A stretch of DNA of 63,301 nt, filler included, from Octopus bimaculoides (taxonomy: Eukaryota), in the NCBI RefSeq assembly GCF_001194135.2. It is 6 parts of 6 records of this genome, joined end to end, with 100 filler letters (N's around TTAATTAATTAA, not from the genome) between each part and the next. Parts side by side here need not be neighbours in the genome. Positions count along the whole stretch, not along the records: positions 1 to 23,757 come from NC_068982.1; positions 23,858 to 40,943 come from NC_069010.1; 4 more parts are not named here. One strand, 5' to 3'. Made by a program: the position numbers and the translations under genes. The first letter of the stretch is position 1, and each line of letters begins with the position of its first letter. Shown here in pieces: positions 12,985-25,422 of this stretch. A model generated the notes under the pieces. That model was given only the letters and a program-made list of their open reading frames with translations. It ran no database searches and was not told the DNA's origin.

Positions 12985-13729
12985 NNNNNNNNNNATATAT
13001 CTTTGTGTATATAATAATAGTAATCATAAAATGATGTCTATAATTTGGGTACATCGCCAGCAGATTCAAGGGGAAGTGGTTAACCGAGTAAATAGACCTC
13101 ATTACTTTACTGGTACTTAATTTTTTTTTTCTCGACTGATACTGATGAAATGCTAAGTGCTCCTTGTCTTGATTTGGACTATTGTTTCCAATTTAGGTAC
13201 GACACCCGCAAAAGACAGTGGCGGTGATTGTAGTGGTGGTGGTGTAGGAAAAGTCGACCTTGGTGTCATTTGAACAGAGAATGTATAGTGTCACAAGAAA
13301 GATCGCAAGTCATTTTACTTTGGGTAATTTTTGGTTATCTCACCCCCATTAAAAAAATTAGGTTATCTCCCCCAACTAAAGAAATTGTAACCCTCAATAA
13401 AACAAAGAAAAAAGAAAGAAAAAATTAATGAAGATGAAAAGCGGTAAGATTAAACGTCTTATTGAATCTGATGATATTTTTATAGCAAATCATACAAGAT
13501 TGAAAAAATAAACATGGAAACTGAAAAAATTAAACATCTTTTTGAATTTGATAACATTTTTATAACAAATCATCCCATGTCTGTTGAGGAGGCCAAACGC
13601 CAACAATGTGTTAAAGTATTGAATCAAAAGTATCTCTTTTAATTCAATCTCTTGTCACCACACAAACTCAATTTTTTAGTGGGGGGGAAATATATAATGG
13701 CAGTGAGATAACCAAAAAGTCTTCGTGTG

Positions 13730-13890
13730 TAGGCGCGTGACTTAATGGTTAGTGGTATTATACTCATGACTGTAAGATTGTAGTTTCTATATCTGGATTG
13801 GGCAACGCGTTGTGTTCTTGAGCAAAATAATTCATTTCACGTTACTCTAGTCGACTCAGCTGGCAAAAATGAGTAATCCTGCGACGGACC
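13730..13890 (+). mobile_element. SINE family C (tRNA head, TTGAGCAAG..CACTCAGCTGGCAAAAATGAGTA domain), 5' part
   Basis: Homologous to 49900-50045 (minus) and 53645-53780; cut by a 10-N gap. Confidence 0.75.
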
Positions 13891-13934
13891 NNNNNNNNNN
13901 AGGATAATCTGTTTTCATTGTTATTTCGCCAACC

Positions 13935-14330
13935 TACCAACAGTAATTGGTTCTAATTTAAGCAGAAGGCTTGAGATTTTAGGAGAAGGAGTTTAATCGA
14001 TAGCATCGTCTCCTGTACTTGATTAATACTTTACTTTATCGTCTCCCTAAGAAAGAAAGACAAAGTTGACCTCAGCAGCATTTGAACTCGGAAGATAACA
14101 AGCTGGAAATAACGACGCAAAACATTTTGGCCGACTCTTTAGCGTTTCTGTTAAGCCTCCAATAATAATAATATCTATTTCAAATTTTTGCGCAAGGCTA
14201 GCAATTTTGGGAGAGGGTATAGTCGATTACATCGACCTTAGTGTTTATCTGCCACTTATTCTATCGACTCTGTAACGATGAAAGGCAAAGTCGACCTCGC
14301 CCATCCTCCTAATAATAATTATAATAGTAA
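13935..14330 (-). mobile_element. Two head-to-tail SINE family B copies
   Basis: Two sets of GTCGATTACATCGAC / GAAAGGCAAAGTCGACCTC motifs separated by an (AAT)n run at ~14160-14172. Confidence 0.7.
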
Positions 14331-14899
14331 ACGTAAGGAAATTATTTCTTTCTGCAAAAGTTTTTTTGATCACAGAACTCGATACCTAGATTTAAAAAAA
14401 AAATCATATTCAGACTAATGATAAAACGAACTAAAACCAGCGAACGTTCCAAAATATTATTTTTCTTTTGAATATGTTTTTTGAAGACACGATTGTGTTG
14501 CTGCATTTTTACTGGTTTAAGCTTCGATTGGAATAAACAACTTTTGAAAACCTTCCATTACCTTATTTCCGAAAAGAAGTGGATTGGAGTGGAACGTTGT
14601 TTCGCTGCCGGTATTATGAGATTTTTCTTTTTTTTTAAAATTAGTAACCCCTAACTACTTTCGTTATTTATTTCCCCGGATACTGAACTTCGATATTGGG
14701 TTTGCATTTTGATATAACTGAAGCTTATATAATTAATCTAGTTATTTCTGTCAGTTTTATCAAGTAATGTTCCTACTATCTAGCTTTGTTTCTTATTCCG
14801 TATTACAATATGAAGTAAAAGTTGAATCTTTTTCATAAATGCATCATCAACCGACAGGGAAATATCTTACTTTGCGTATGATGTAACAATTTGAGTCAT

Positions 14900-16500
14900 G
14901 AAGTTCACAACTTTCATATTTCCGTAATATATGTAAAATGGGTTATCGTTACATATCTTGTAGGTATGTGGCGTCATTTTCTTGAGAATGAGCGTAATCC
15001 TGGTGTTGTGCAATATAATATGTTAACTTGTGGTTATGTAAGATGTGTCCTGTTTTTACTTTTATGATATATTAATCCATTCCATAACTAGGATAGGGTG
15101 GACTTTGTGTGTTAAGTCAGATTTCTGTAATTAGAATTTCTTAAATGGATGAAAACTTAAAATCTCGCCTCGGGAAGAATTTAATAACATATATTTTATA
15201 TCTTATATATTTTATGACGACATTAATTCCTGTGTTTTTATGGGCGCCTGTTGTAGTTTCTTCGTGTTTACTTAGGTATTTTGCATCCTGTTCCTTATTC
15301 TCATGCCTATATTTGAGAATAGGGTGAATATTGTGAGCTGTATTTTATGCTGCAACTATGTTAAGCAATACATTTAAGTTTTGAAATATTCTTTAAGTAT
15401 ATTCACTTGCTCTTGTGTATCCATCACAGTAAACATATCGTTAACAAACCTGGTTCTATGGTGTTTAGTTATGTCCAGGAACAACTTTGTTTTCATCAAC
15501 CTTGCTCGTCATATGCAATGCTGTGAACGTCAATCCGAATGGAGAACCTTTGTGCACGCCGTCTTTTTAGGGTTTCTAGCTTGTCTTTTGGATAACGGTT
15601 GAAAATTTTGATCGTATAGGCTGCAAAGCCTACAAGACCTTTCTATGGATGTTCTTTAGAATATTGGGTGCTTTTTGTTGTTTGGTGAGTATATACATTC
15701 CGTCTTTAGTTTTCTTTATGGTAACCTTGTTAAAATAACTTTCTGTCTCCATCAGGGAAATATTACATTACTCTTTACACTTTTACCTGTTTCAGTCATT
15801 TGACTGCGGCCATGCTGGAGCACCGCCTTTAGTCGAGAAAATCGACCCCAGGACTTATTCTTTGTAAGCCTAGTACTTAGTCTATCGGTCCCTTTTTGCC
15901 GTGGAAATCATCCGATGTGTGTATATTCTCTGATGTACATTTCATTATGATGCAATATAGTTTTATGATTCTGTGTGCAGGTGTGTTATTTTGGAAGATT
16001 AAAGGTTAGGATTGGTTGGTTGGTTCGGTTTATGAATTCTTATGGTGCCACAGTTGTATGTTGGGCTAAACTCTCCTAATGTCGGAATAGATTAGCTAGT
16101 TGAGAGCAGTCTCTAATTTTTTTGTATTCAAGTTTTAGCTGGCCTGTGCTGTCTTTCACGTTCATAGTATCAAAGATACTGTTTCTATCACTTTCGCTTA
16201 TTACAATTTTATCATTGTTCTTCGGACCCTGAAGAATGAGCTTATGATTATTGTTGAGTAAGTTTAAGTACGTTGTGTTTATATCTCTGCTTATTACTTT
16301 CACACTTAATATAAACCCTTGTAGTTTGTCGTTAGTTTTTTATTCAGTAATATTCAGTTAATCAGTAATTCAGTTAATTAGTAATATCTTAAGTAGTTCG
16401 ACATAACTAACTCTCTGTTTCGGTCGTGTTTTATTCTTGGGTAGAAGTTTGTGCCGAATTTGAGCAGTGTAATTTAACTGGAGCTAAATGTGTGTTGAGC
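14900..16500 (-). mobile_element. Possible very decayed Penelope-like relic
   Basis: Scattered minus-strand motifs only (KFGTNF..RVSY at ~16400-16460; NNNHKLILQ; LLNSSRGE at ~15170); no continuous frame. Confidence 0.25.
15768..15903 (-). mobile_element. SINE family A 3' part
   Basis: CTGTTTCAGTCATTTGACTGCGGCCATGCTGGAGCACCGCC, near identical to 6510-6620. Confidence 0.85.
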
Positions 16501-16747
16501 AAGGTTACAAAAGGTATTTTCTTGTATAAAAAATATTTTACTGCTGCAATGACCATTAAGCGTACGTATGTTATTTCTTATTTCCTAAACAGAATTCCTC
16601 AATAACTCACATAATATTAAATTTGGAATTTCTATAAATATTAGAAATACAAACTGAAAATCAATACTTGCATACAGTGTACGCAAAATAGCGAAAGTAA
16701 CCAGAAGGTAACGTTTTAAATGCGGCGGTGGTGATTTTATCACTTAC

Positions 16748-16873
16748 AGTATATTTCCATAATCCCTTGCTGCTTATAAAACGCGGCAACAATGTGTCAC
16801 TGTCATCATTTCATTCAGGAACACCGAGATGATCTTGAAATTCTTTGAACTTTGGAACGAAACTTGTTCCTAA
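16748..16873 (-). other. Candidate 5'-UTR/start-codon exon of an unidentified minus-strand gene
   Basis: Long T/C tract + CTCTATTAG acceptor (alternative at 16869), GTAAGT donor at 16747. All frames closed except terminal GATT-ATG-GAA-ATA-TAC-T (A at -3, G at +4). Confidence 0.3.
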
Positions 16874-17579
16874 CTAATAGAGAAACGTGGAAATTCTTTA
16901 ATTAAAAAAAAAGAAAAAAAAAATTACCGCGAAAACCCAGTCAGGTTTTCAATATAACTATATTGAAAATATATATATGAATGCATAGAAATTTGATACA
17001 ATGTGTTACATTAAGAAAATGTTTCAAGAAAAACCTCCTCAGGAAACAAATTTTCCCGTTTGTCTCACTTCTAAATAACAAAACTAAAATATTACATTAC
17101 TTTGACCCTTTCTATTATGTCTTTCTGATGCGGGGAAAAAAAACAGAAAAAAAAAATATGCCGTATTGGCTTTTTGTTTCGTCTCCGAACCACAATCATG
17201 TTATCCGTGCCATGCCTGCGAAGATCTAACTACATAGCTCTACTCAGTTTCAAAAACTCCTCTTATGGTAAGTAGTACACATTTGATAGAATTCCATACG
17301 AATTTTCGCTACAGTTTATGTAAAACAAAACATATGTTTGATATATTCCTTACTAAAATTATAACGATATGTGATTCCATTTTCACATACTGAGTGCTTC
17401 TTTTATCTTATAATATTTGGTCAACCATTCCTTCTCACACATTTCTTATATATACGCATAAGATGTTGCATAATATTAATAATTTAAGTAAAGGCATTCC
17501 ATATACCTATCTACGATTGTTTGTCTATCATCCATCTATCTCTTCATGGATGTTCGCTCGAACTTTTCTTCTTGCCAGC

Positions 17580-17964
17580 TCACCTGCTTCTGGGCTATCT
17601 ATTCTGATTATGAAGTCGGATATTAAGAATCTTACCGAGCATCAACTTGGTGCCTATCTAATCCTGCGTGAGCGAGCGCGCGCACACACGGAAAAGTGAC
17701 ACACAGTGACGCAAACGCTCTATCCCTCGTCAGTTGTCGACTAAATAACATTATAATTTCGACGCAAACACATACACATATATGCACGCACACACAGTCT
17801 TTTAACTCTTGAGTACAAGAGAAATATCATAAAAATGATGAATTAAAACGAATTGCAGTGACCGAAGGTTTAAAATAGGTAGAAAATATTTATTTTTGCC
17901 TCGCGTTTACTGTAGATTGGCTGGCTGGCTGGCGGGCTGGCTCTCTCTCTCTCTCTCTCTCTCG

Positions 17965-17998
<34 letters not shown>

Positions 17999-18260
17999 AT
18001 CCACCCATCATGCAAGCCAAGTCAAGGAAGTCTTATGATGGCAGAGCAAGCGGTGTAAAGTGAGAGACGCTCCATTATTCATTGCTAGAGTTGTCCGGGA
18101 ATGTGGACAAATGGCCAGTTAGTTATCTGTAGACATAGCCCGCTGTTGATTCTTTCCCACTGACTGTGCCAGTGGGGGAAGAGAGGAGGGTTAATTATAG
18201 GCAAAATGTGGACAGGGAGTCGACTAAGATAAGGATTTCACGGATATCTGCTGTTGAGCT
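17580..18260. promoter_or_regulatory. CpG-retaining unique region, candidate promoter/first exon (minus-strand donors at 17635 and 17583)
   Basis: GCGTGAGCGAGCGCGCGC, (GGCT)n and (CT)n elements, not part of a recognised transposon; G|GTAAGA and CAG|GTGAGC donors on the minus strand. Confidence 0.3.
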
Positions 18261-18338
18261 GTATGCATATATTTGTATAAATGCATGTTTGTTTATATTT
18301 TTGTGTGTATATTATTTTTGTGTGTGTGTATGTATAAT

Positions 18339-18409
<71 letters not shown>

Positions 18410-19607
18410 TGTGTATTACATATGTTTGTTGGTTTGTATACGTTTGTGTATCTGTGTGCATACATATACGAACAAACATTCAAATCCTATCAAACCAATA
18501 TGTCCGACCAAATAAATTTGACTTTAAACCAATCCGAAAAAAAAAAAAAAAGCTTTGAATTAACATTATGTAATTAAGTAAACAAACTTCTTTGCACTGA
18601 TAACTACATTTTTGTGTCTGTTGTACTCAGCACATACATGCATACATATGCATGTATTTCACCCCATGTATATGCTCCCGTTGTCATCCTAAAACATATA
18701 AATTTATAGCGTGTATCTAATCACTGATTGGCTTTCGGGAAAGAGTTTGTGGCTGAAAGGAATGAATTTTACTGGTTAAAGGAAGCTCTGTCGTATGTAT
18801 ATTCCTGGAAATGTGGCTATTCTGTTGAGCTGGCTCCCGGAATGGTTACATTTGCAGCTTGAAAAATAATTATCTAATGGTAAGGCGACAGTTTCTAAAT
18901 TGCGTGTGTCTTAGTATCTTAACAGTAAATGGCGTATTTTAAAGGACAGAGTAAAAACTGGAAATTGCAACCAATTCACCCGCCCTGAAAAAGAAAACAT
19001 TGGCGAGTGTAGTCTGTTGTATACTATGTCTCAAAGATGAAATGGTTACAGTTAAAATGTGTTTGATCATAGGTCTACATAGAAAAGTTCACACAACAAA
19101 ACCTTGACTCTTACTAACTCATATGTATTACTAAGGCTATAAATAAATATAGCCACATCTCTGGAGACCTGGCAGCTACTGAGCTAAACCGAGTAGAGAA
19201 CAGAGGATCGCGCTAATATGGTATTGTAGGTGCAATTTTCGTAGCAACCATACAAAATATGTAAAGTTTATGCAAATGGCTAAAATACACTTTGAAAAAG
19301 ATCTTCCGATGACGATAGCAAAAAATATCTCAGACTTTTTCGGGGATAATGCCAGCTACTTCAATATTTAGGACTTCTTGGGAAAACTGTATTGTTGTGG
19401 GATCCATTCGGATATGGGTGGCTTTGTCGGTCTTTCGTAGTTTCCTTTCACTAACAAGACATTGTATTCAGGGCTATAGTTAACGTGCACTTTTCCTTAT
19501 GCCGTTCAGTTTGAGATCAAATCCTTGATCCAAACAGTTGAAACATACATACGTTATCTATCTATCTGTCTGTCTGTCATTTGCCAGAATGAGAAGCTTT
19601 TTAAATT

Positions 19608-19965
19608 TAGGCGCAGGTGTGTCTGTGTGGTAAGAAATTTGCTTCTCAAGCGCATTGTCCCGGGTTCCGTCCCATTGCATGGGCAAGTGTTTTCTACTAT
19701 ATGGGGGCGACCGCCTTTTAAGTGGATTTGCTAGACGGAACCTGAAAGAAGCCCATCGTATATATACATGTGTGTGTGTGTCTTCGTCCTTCACCAGCGC
19801 TTGACAACCAGTGTTGGTGTGGTTACGTCCCTGTAACTTAGCACCTCAGCGAAAGTACCAGGCTTGAATAAATAAGTACTGGGGTCGACTGGTTCGACTA
19901 AAATTCAAGGCGGTGCCCCGGCGCGGTCACAGTCTAATGACTGAACCAAGTAAAATATTAAAACA
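19608..19965 (+). mobile_element. SINE family A
   Basis: Head GGTGTGTCTGTGTGGTAAG, TTGCATGGGCAAGTGTTTTCTACTAT, tail GGTGCCCCGGCGCGGTCACAGTCTAATGACTGAAC. Confidence 0.85.
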
Positions 19966-20469
19966 AGTTCTCTTACACGTATTGTTTATATTTGCACGAT
20001 TCGCTCTTTTAAAAATTTTCCCCTATATTTTTTAGGCTAACGAGCTATAAATTTAGGTTATGTACATTATAAACGGTTGAGTTGCCATCATAGAACAAAA
20101 GTCGGAAGACCGGTTACGACAAAGAACTATACGTACTAAAATGAGAGATATTGTTTTCCAGAGATTTTTGTTCAACTAAATTATATTTGCTCACAACACA
20201 ATGCGTCACACGTGTTTCTCAGCACGACAGGCACATTTCTCCCTCGAACAATTAAATACACAACTGTTTTATATGAATTATAGGAAAAAATTGTTGAATT
20301 AAGGACGTTTATAGTAATATTATAAAAGTCCTTGATAAATAATGCTTAATAATGACTGCACTTTCGTTAATTTTATTCTTTTTCGATAACTTAATATAAT
20401 TAATAGAATGTAAGAATAAGAAAGAAACCTTATTCCTTTCCATATTTTGAATTAAAAATCCTCCCTTTT

Positions 20470-20620
20470 TGCTCACAGCCAGTGGGCAGAATCGTTAATA
20501 CGTCGGACGAAATGCTTAGCAGCATTTCCTCCGACATTACGCTCTGAGTTCAAATTCTGCCGAGGTTAACTTAGCCTTTTCATCCTTTCGGGGGTCAATA
20601 AAATAGATATCAGTCAAGTT
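20470..20620 (+). mobile_element. SINE family B 5' part
   Basis: GGCAGAATCGTTAATACGTCGGACGAAATGCTTAGC...GAGTTCAAATTCTGCCGAGG..CTTTTCATCCTTTCGGGG. More decayed B copies at ~21210-21420 (+) and ~21870-21990 (-). Confidence 0.75.
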
Positions 20621-22908
20621 TTGCCGACCTAGCTGAGAACCATCGTTTTTTTTAATGATAATTAGGAATTGTATTGGATGGGGACCGTCGACATAGTGTA
20701 TTCCACTTCCCCTGTAACCTTCTTTGTGAGTTCTCTGTTCGTTCTTGTTTCTCTTCGCTTCCTTCCTTCAGCCATTCATCTCTTTCTCTCTCAGGCCATC
20801 AGATACCTATTTTATAAATTCTCTTTCTGAATGTTGTACTGCAAACGGCAAGTATTCTTCCGGCAAAAGTAGGCAACGAGGCGTTTCTTTTCTCCTATGC
20901 TGCAAAGCAGGATGCAAAAGTTAGGGCGTTACGACACCTTACTTTCGAGGCCTTGACATTAAGCCAATCAATCGAAACCTTCATCTATAATCCTTTTATT
21001 GTCATTTCCACCCGTGCTTTATTTTTGGTTTGTCTTTTTCTATGTATTTTGGTACTGGTTCGATTTTTGCGCAGCGTAGCTTTATTTATAATCGCTAGGA
21101 ATTAGGAAAATGTTATAGCGGCATTTCTTTCTACATGTGTTGTTTCATTTACCATAGAAATATATTATATTCTTTTTGTTCTTATTAAATCAGAAGGCAA
21201 GGTTTTGGATTGGCAGAATCCTGGTGCGTCGTAAAAATGCCTTGTCAGATTTCTTTCATCTCTTTATTTTCTGAGTTTTCGCTGAAGTGAACTTTGCTTT
21301 TTATTCATCCGGGGTCTATAGTATGTATTACTAGTTTAGCATTGTGGTTAATGGTACCGATTACTAATTCACCTTAAAATTTGTAGCCATGTGCCTAAAT
21401 CAGAAATCATTCGAGTTGAAAGCACTGGAGCACTTGTTCTAAGTGTCCCGCTAGTATTTAGTTTGTTTTAGGTTTCTTCTGGCGGTGGTAAAGTGAAGTA
21501 GAGTGGAATCGATGAAGCAAGAAGTTCACAGTCCTTAAAAACTGAGGTCACTTCTATCGACATGCGACCATAAAGAAGTATCTGTGGAACTTGTGTCAGT
21601 CTAAGAATTAATTGACGTTTTTCTTTCTTCTTCGTGAATTTCTTCTTATTTAAAATCGATGGATATCAGCTTCGATTCCTAAATTAGAATAATTTTTGTG
21701 TAAATTAAGTCGCTGAGGTATTTTGGAAAACCTGCCTTCGTTTCCATAAAAGCCCCCTAAAACTCTTTCACTAATCAGATTGAAAGTACTGGCATGAATG
21801 TTAGTAACAGAGTTAATCCTAATAAAGGCACCCAAGCAACCAGAGTGTGTATGTTTAACGTTAACCGGTTAAGTCGACCATCTAAGAATGACTTAATAGA
21901 GATTTGAATTCAGAGCGCTAAGAGCCGGAAAGAAACTGCAGAGCATCCGGCCCGACCTTCTTTATCCTGGTTCTTTATCTTTTATTTCTTATCGTTACCG
22001 AAAGAATGAAATGCAAATAGTATAAAGAATGAAATGCAAATAGTATAGTACAATGGAGGTCTTAAGCTGTTGATGTTAGCCTCCAGACTCCCTATTTGCG
22101 CAGACACAGGAATTAAAAAGCCTTCCCTGTCCTGTCTTACATCTAAGATCACAGTGTTCCTGTCATTGCTTTAATATGGTAGTGTGTGATTTGAGGGAGA
22201 TTTGGCTGCTCTTTCTAAAAAAAATTGAGTGACCACGTAAAAAAACATTTGTTGATTTGGCTGGTTTTATTTCACGTATGTACGATAGGTGAAGAAGCAT
22301 TCACACATATACTTCCAATTACAAGCACACGAAAAACAACGCAGGAAAACAGAAACAAACNNNNNNNNNNNNNNNNNNNNNNNNNNNNNNNNNNNNNNNN
22401 NNNNNNNNNNNNNNNNNNNNNNNNNNNNNNNNNNNNNNNNNNNNNNNNNNNNNNNNNNNNNNNNNNNNNNNNNNNNNNNNNNNNNNNNNNNNNNNNNNNN
22501 NNNNNNNNNNNNNNNNNNNNNNNNNNNNNNNNNNNNNNNNNNNNNNNNNNNNNNNNNNNNNNNNNNNNNNNNNNNNNNNNNNNNNNNNNNNNNNNNNNNN
22601 NNNNNNNNNNNNNNNNNNNNNNNNNNNNNNNNNNNNNNNNNNNNNNNNNNNNNNNNNNNNNNNNNNNNNNNNNNNNNNNNNNNNNNNNNNNNNNNNNNNN
22701 NNNNNNNNNNNNNNNNNNNNNNNNNNNNNNNNNNNNNNNNNNNNNNNNNNNNNNNNNNNNNNNNNNNNNNNNNNNNNNNNNNNNNNNNNNNNNNNNNNNN
22801 NNNNNNNNNNNNNNNNNNNNNNNNNNNNNNNNNNNNNNNNNNNNNNNNNNNNNNNNNNNNNNNNNNNNNNNNNNNNNNNNNNNNNNNNNNNNNNNATATA
22901 TATATATA

Positions 22909-23734
22909 TAGGGTGGGGTGAATAAACTATCGTCTAAATTATGCAAAAATGAAAATAACACTGACATCTCATTTTAACTGATATATTTACCAAAATTACA
23001 TAAAATTATCTTGAAATACTAAAGAGAAAATTTATTTAATAAAATCGCTATTGACTTCAACTGCAGACTCCAGACCACTTTGGAATCTCCTGCAACTCTT
23101 CTGGACATTCTCCGTGTTTAAGTTGGTGAATGCTGCCATAATCCTTGCCTTCAGTTCATCTTTAGTGTTACAAGGAGTTTTGTTGGTCTCTCGCTCAACT
23201 GCGCCCCACACATAATAATCAATCTGGGGAGTTAGGTGGCCAGATGTTAGGGGTGATGTGGTCGCAGAAATTGTCTGACAGCCACGACTGGGTTATCTTG
23301 CTAATGCGGCATTGTGCAGAGTCCTGTTACCAGACACAGGGTCTTCTAGCAGCCACCCTCTTGATCAAGGGCAGCACTACCTCCTTGTTGAGTGTGAGGC
23401 CGTGTGGAAGATGAACAGAGGTATGACGTCGCCATCACTAGTGACCACTCGAAACACCATGAGGTTGACTGGATGTTTGATTTTTATCACTCTCGGTATA
23501 TGTTCTCAGACTGACACCCGAATACTCTGAAATGTTTGTATTGGAGCTTCCGGCGCGAATGCCAAGCAATACAGCACGTCGTTTCCAAATTTCTGGCTGA
23601 GTGAATTGCGTCATGGCGCTGTTTTTCTCACAGACGATGCCCAACTGACACTACTATAACTGTGTAATCGATAAAATCAAAAACGGTGCACATTCGCGAA
23701 ATTAAAAATATAAAATGGTGACAGTTTACCCATC
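22909..23734 (-). mobile_element. Tc1/mariner-superfamily DNA transposon, internally deleted
   Basis: Minus strand: N-terminal MTQFTQPEIWKRRAVLLGIRAG; KHPVNLMVFRVVTSDGDVIP; C-terminal (W)PPNSP-like then DYYVWGAVERETNKTPCNTKDELKARIMAAF. Partial terminal inverted match TAAACT(A/G)TC. Confidence 0.8.
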
Positions 23735-23757
23735 TCTCTCTCTCTCTCTCTCTCTCT

Positions 23758-23857
23758 NNNNNNNNNNNNNNNNNNNNNNNNNNNNNNNNNNNNNNNNNNN
23801 NTTAATTAATTAANNNNNNNNNNNNNNNNNNNNNNNNNNNNNNNNNNNNNNNNNNNN
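23758..23857. other. Artificial scaffold join: 44 N + TTAATTAATTAA + 44 N
   Basis: Exactly 100 bp; the 12-mer has stops in all six frames; same block recurs four more times. Confidence 0.95.
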
Positions 23858-24170
23858 AGCAATTGTCAATACATTTTCTGGCTGCATTCTCGAACCTGAC
23901 CGACTGAAACTATGGATATTATCTCGCCATCTTGTTCTTGGTCTACCCTTAGATTTTCTGCCGGTTTGGAGAGACGCCGTCATCTCCAAAGCACGCACAC
24001 TGTCAAGTAATGTTACTCCAGAGATTCTTCGGAGGAAACCCATTTTGGCCTCTGTTATTTGTGATCATACTCTTTCGGTCGTTAACCAATATTCATGTCC
24101 AGAGGTGAGGGTAGGTTCTCTTACCAAGCTGTCCTTTTCTGAGGATCGAATACTAGAGCATTTGTTGTAC
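23858..24170 (-). mobile_element. RTE/L2-like LINE ORF2 C-terminal fragment
   Basis: PTLTSGHEYWLTTERV..EAKMGFLRRISGVTLLDSVR..GRKSKGRPRTRWRDNI. Confidence 0.75.
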
Positions 24171-24732
24171 GTCGGGAAGGTCATTATGCCAATAATAAAC
24201 GCACGCACTGATTCTATTTCACTTCTTTATCATTGGTCAATTTGTTTAATCATTCGTTAACCAATTAGTCCGTCAACCAGTTATGGCTGTTTGAGACATT
24301 TTGTTGCCATTCGTGACCTGTTCAATGTCTGTCTTATATTTTGGTTCTATGCTTATGTAGTCGTACGGATGTGAGTGAGAATGTATGTGAGAGAGGATGA
24401 GTTAGAAAGAGTGTGTGTCTCGGTAAATGTGTGTGTGTGTATGTGAACGCCCATTCATGCCTGCGTGCGCTGTTGTGTGTATGTATCATATATGTATGCT
24501 TGTGTATGTGTGTGTGTGTCAATTAGGGTTTGTGTGATACAGTTGGCTCCTTAAGTGCATTAAAGAGAATGTGTGATTGTGAAACGTATGGATGGCAAAA
24601 CGTTTATTTCTTTATATTTTTATCTGTCGGTCCTGTTTCGTAAGACATTACATCACGAGCTGCTGAGAATGACCGGAATTTTCTTTGTGTTAATAATAAA
24701 AGAACAACAGAAACAAGGAGGATTTTACTTAC

Positions 24733-24890
24733 TTGTACATTGTGAATAATTCAGTATAGGTATTCTTTTGCCAAAATTTGTTTGACAATGGCTATAGACT
24801 CTCACAGTTCTGTTATAGTTATTTTTCATATAATTCACCAAGGCTGGCAGGTGACATCCACACGCCATATTGTAATTGTCACGGAGGTCA
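24733..24890 (-). CDS. Internal coding exon: last LRR strand + LRR C-terminal cap (LRRCT) of an extracellular LRR protein
   Basis: Acceptor TTCCCTTTATAATTACAG, donor GTAAGT, phase 2/1, 158 nt open: (x)DLRDNYNMACGCHLPALVNYMKNNYNRTVRVYSHCQTNFGKRIPILNYSQCT. Four-Cys CxC..C..C pattern and two N-x-S/T sequons. Confidence 0.8.
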
Positions 24891-25115
24891 CTGTAATTAT
24901 AAAGGGAACTCTAACTGAATGTGCTTCTGGTCAAAAGAGAAACTGCTGTCTGAATTACCAAGAAACAAGGTTTATAATATTTGAGCAAGCTTATTAAAAT
25001 TATGACATTCAGGTTTATTTTTTCCAAAGAGATGCTGATAGCATCAATAATGCGGAATGGTTTTTAATGGAAAGTGGAATCATATAAAGTTCCTATTCTC
25101 GTTTANNNNNNNNNN

Positions 25116-25422
25116 CTCTCACAGTTCTGTTATAGTTATTTTTCATATAATTCACCAAGGCTGGCAGGTGACATCCACACGCCATATTGTAATTGTCACG
25201 GAGGTCACTGTAATTATAAAGGGAACTCTAATTGAATGTGCTTCTGGTCAAAAGAGAAACTGCTGTCTGATTTACCAAGAAACAAGGTTTATAATATTTG
25301 AGCAAGCTTATTAAAATTATGACATTCAGGTTTATTTTTTCCAAAGAGATGCTGATAGCATCAATAATGTGAAATGGTTTTTAATGGAAAGTGGAATCAT
25401 ATAAAGTTCCTATTCTCGTTTA
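25116..25422. repeat. Near-identical second copy of 24799-25105 across a 10-N gap
   Basis: 307 bp, 4 substitutions; probably an uncollapsed allele or contig overlap. Confidence 0.9.

Noticed and set aside
21650-21835. Minus-strand ORF with LRR-like words (INSVTNIHASTFNL, LNLHKN)
   Set aside because: Spacing does not fit a 24-aa repeat and there is no in-phase donor giving a 69-75-nt exon.
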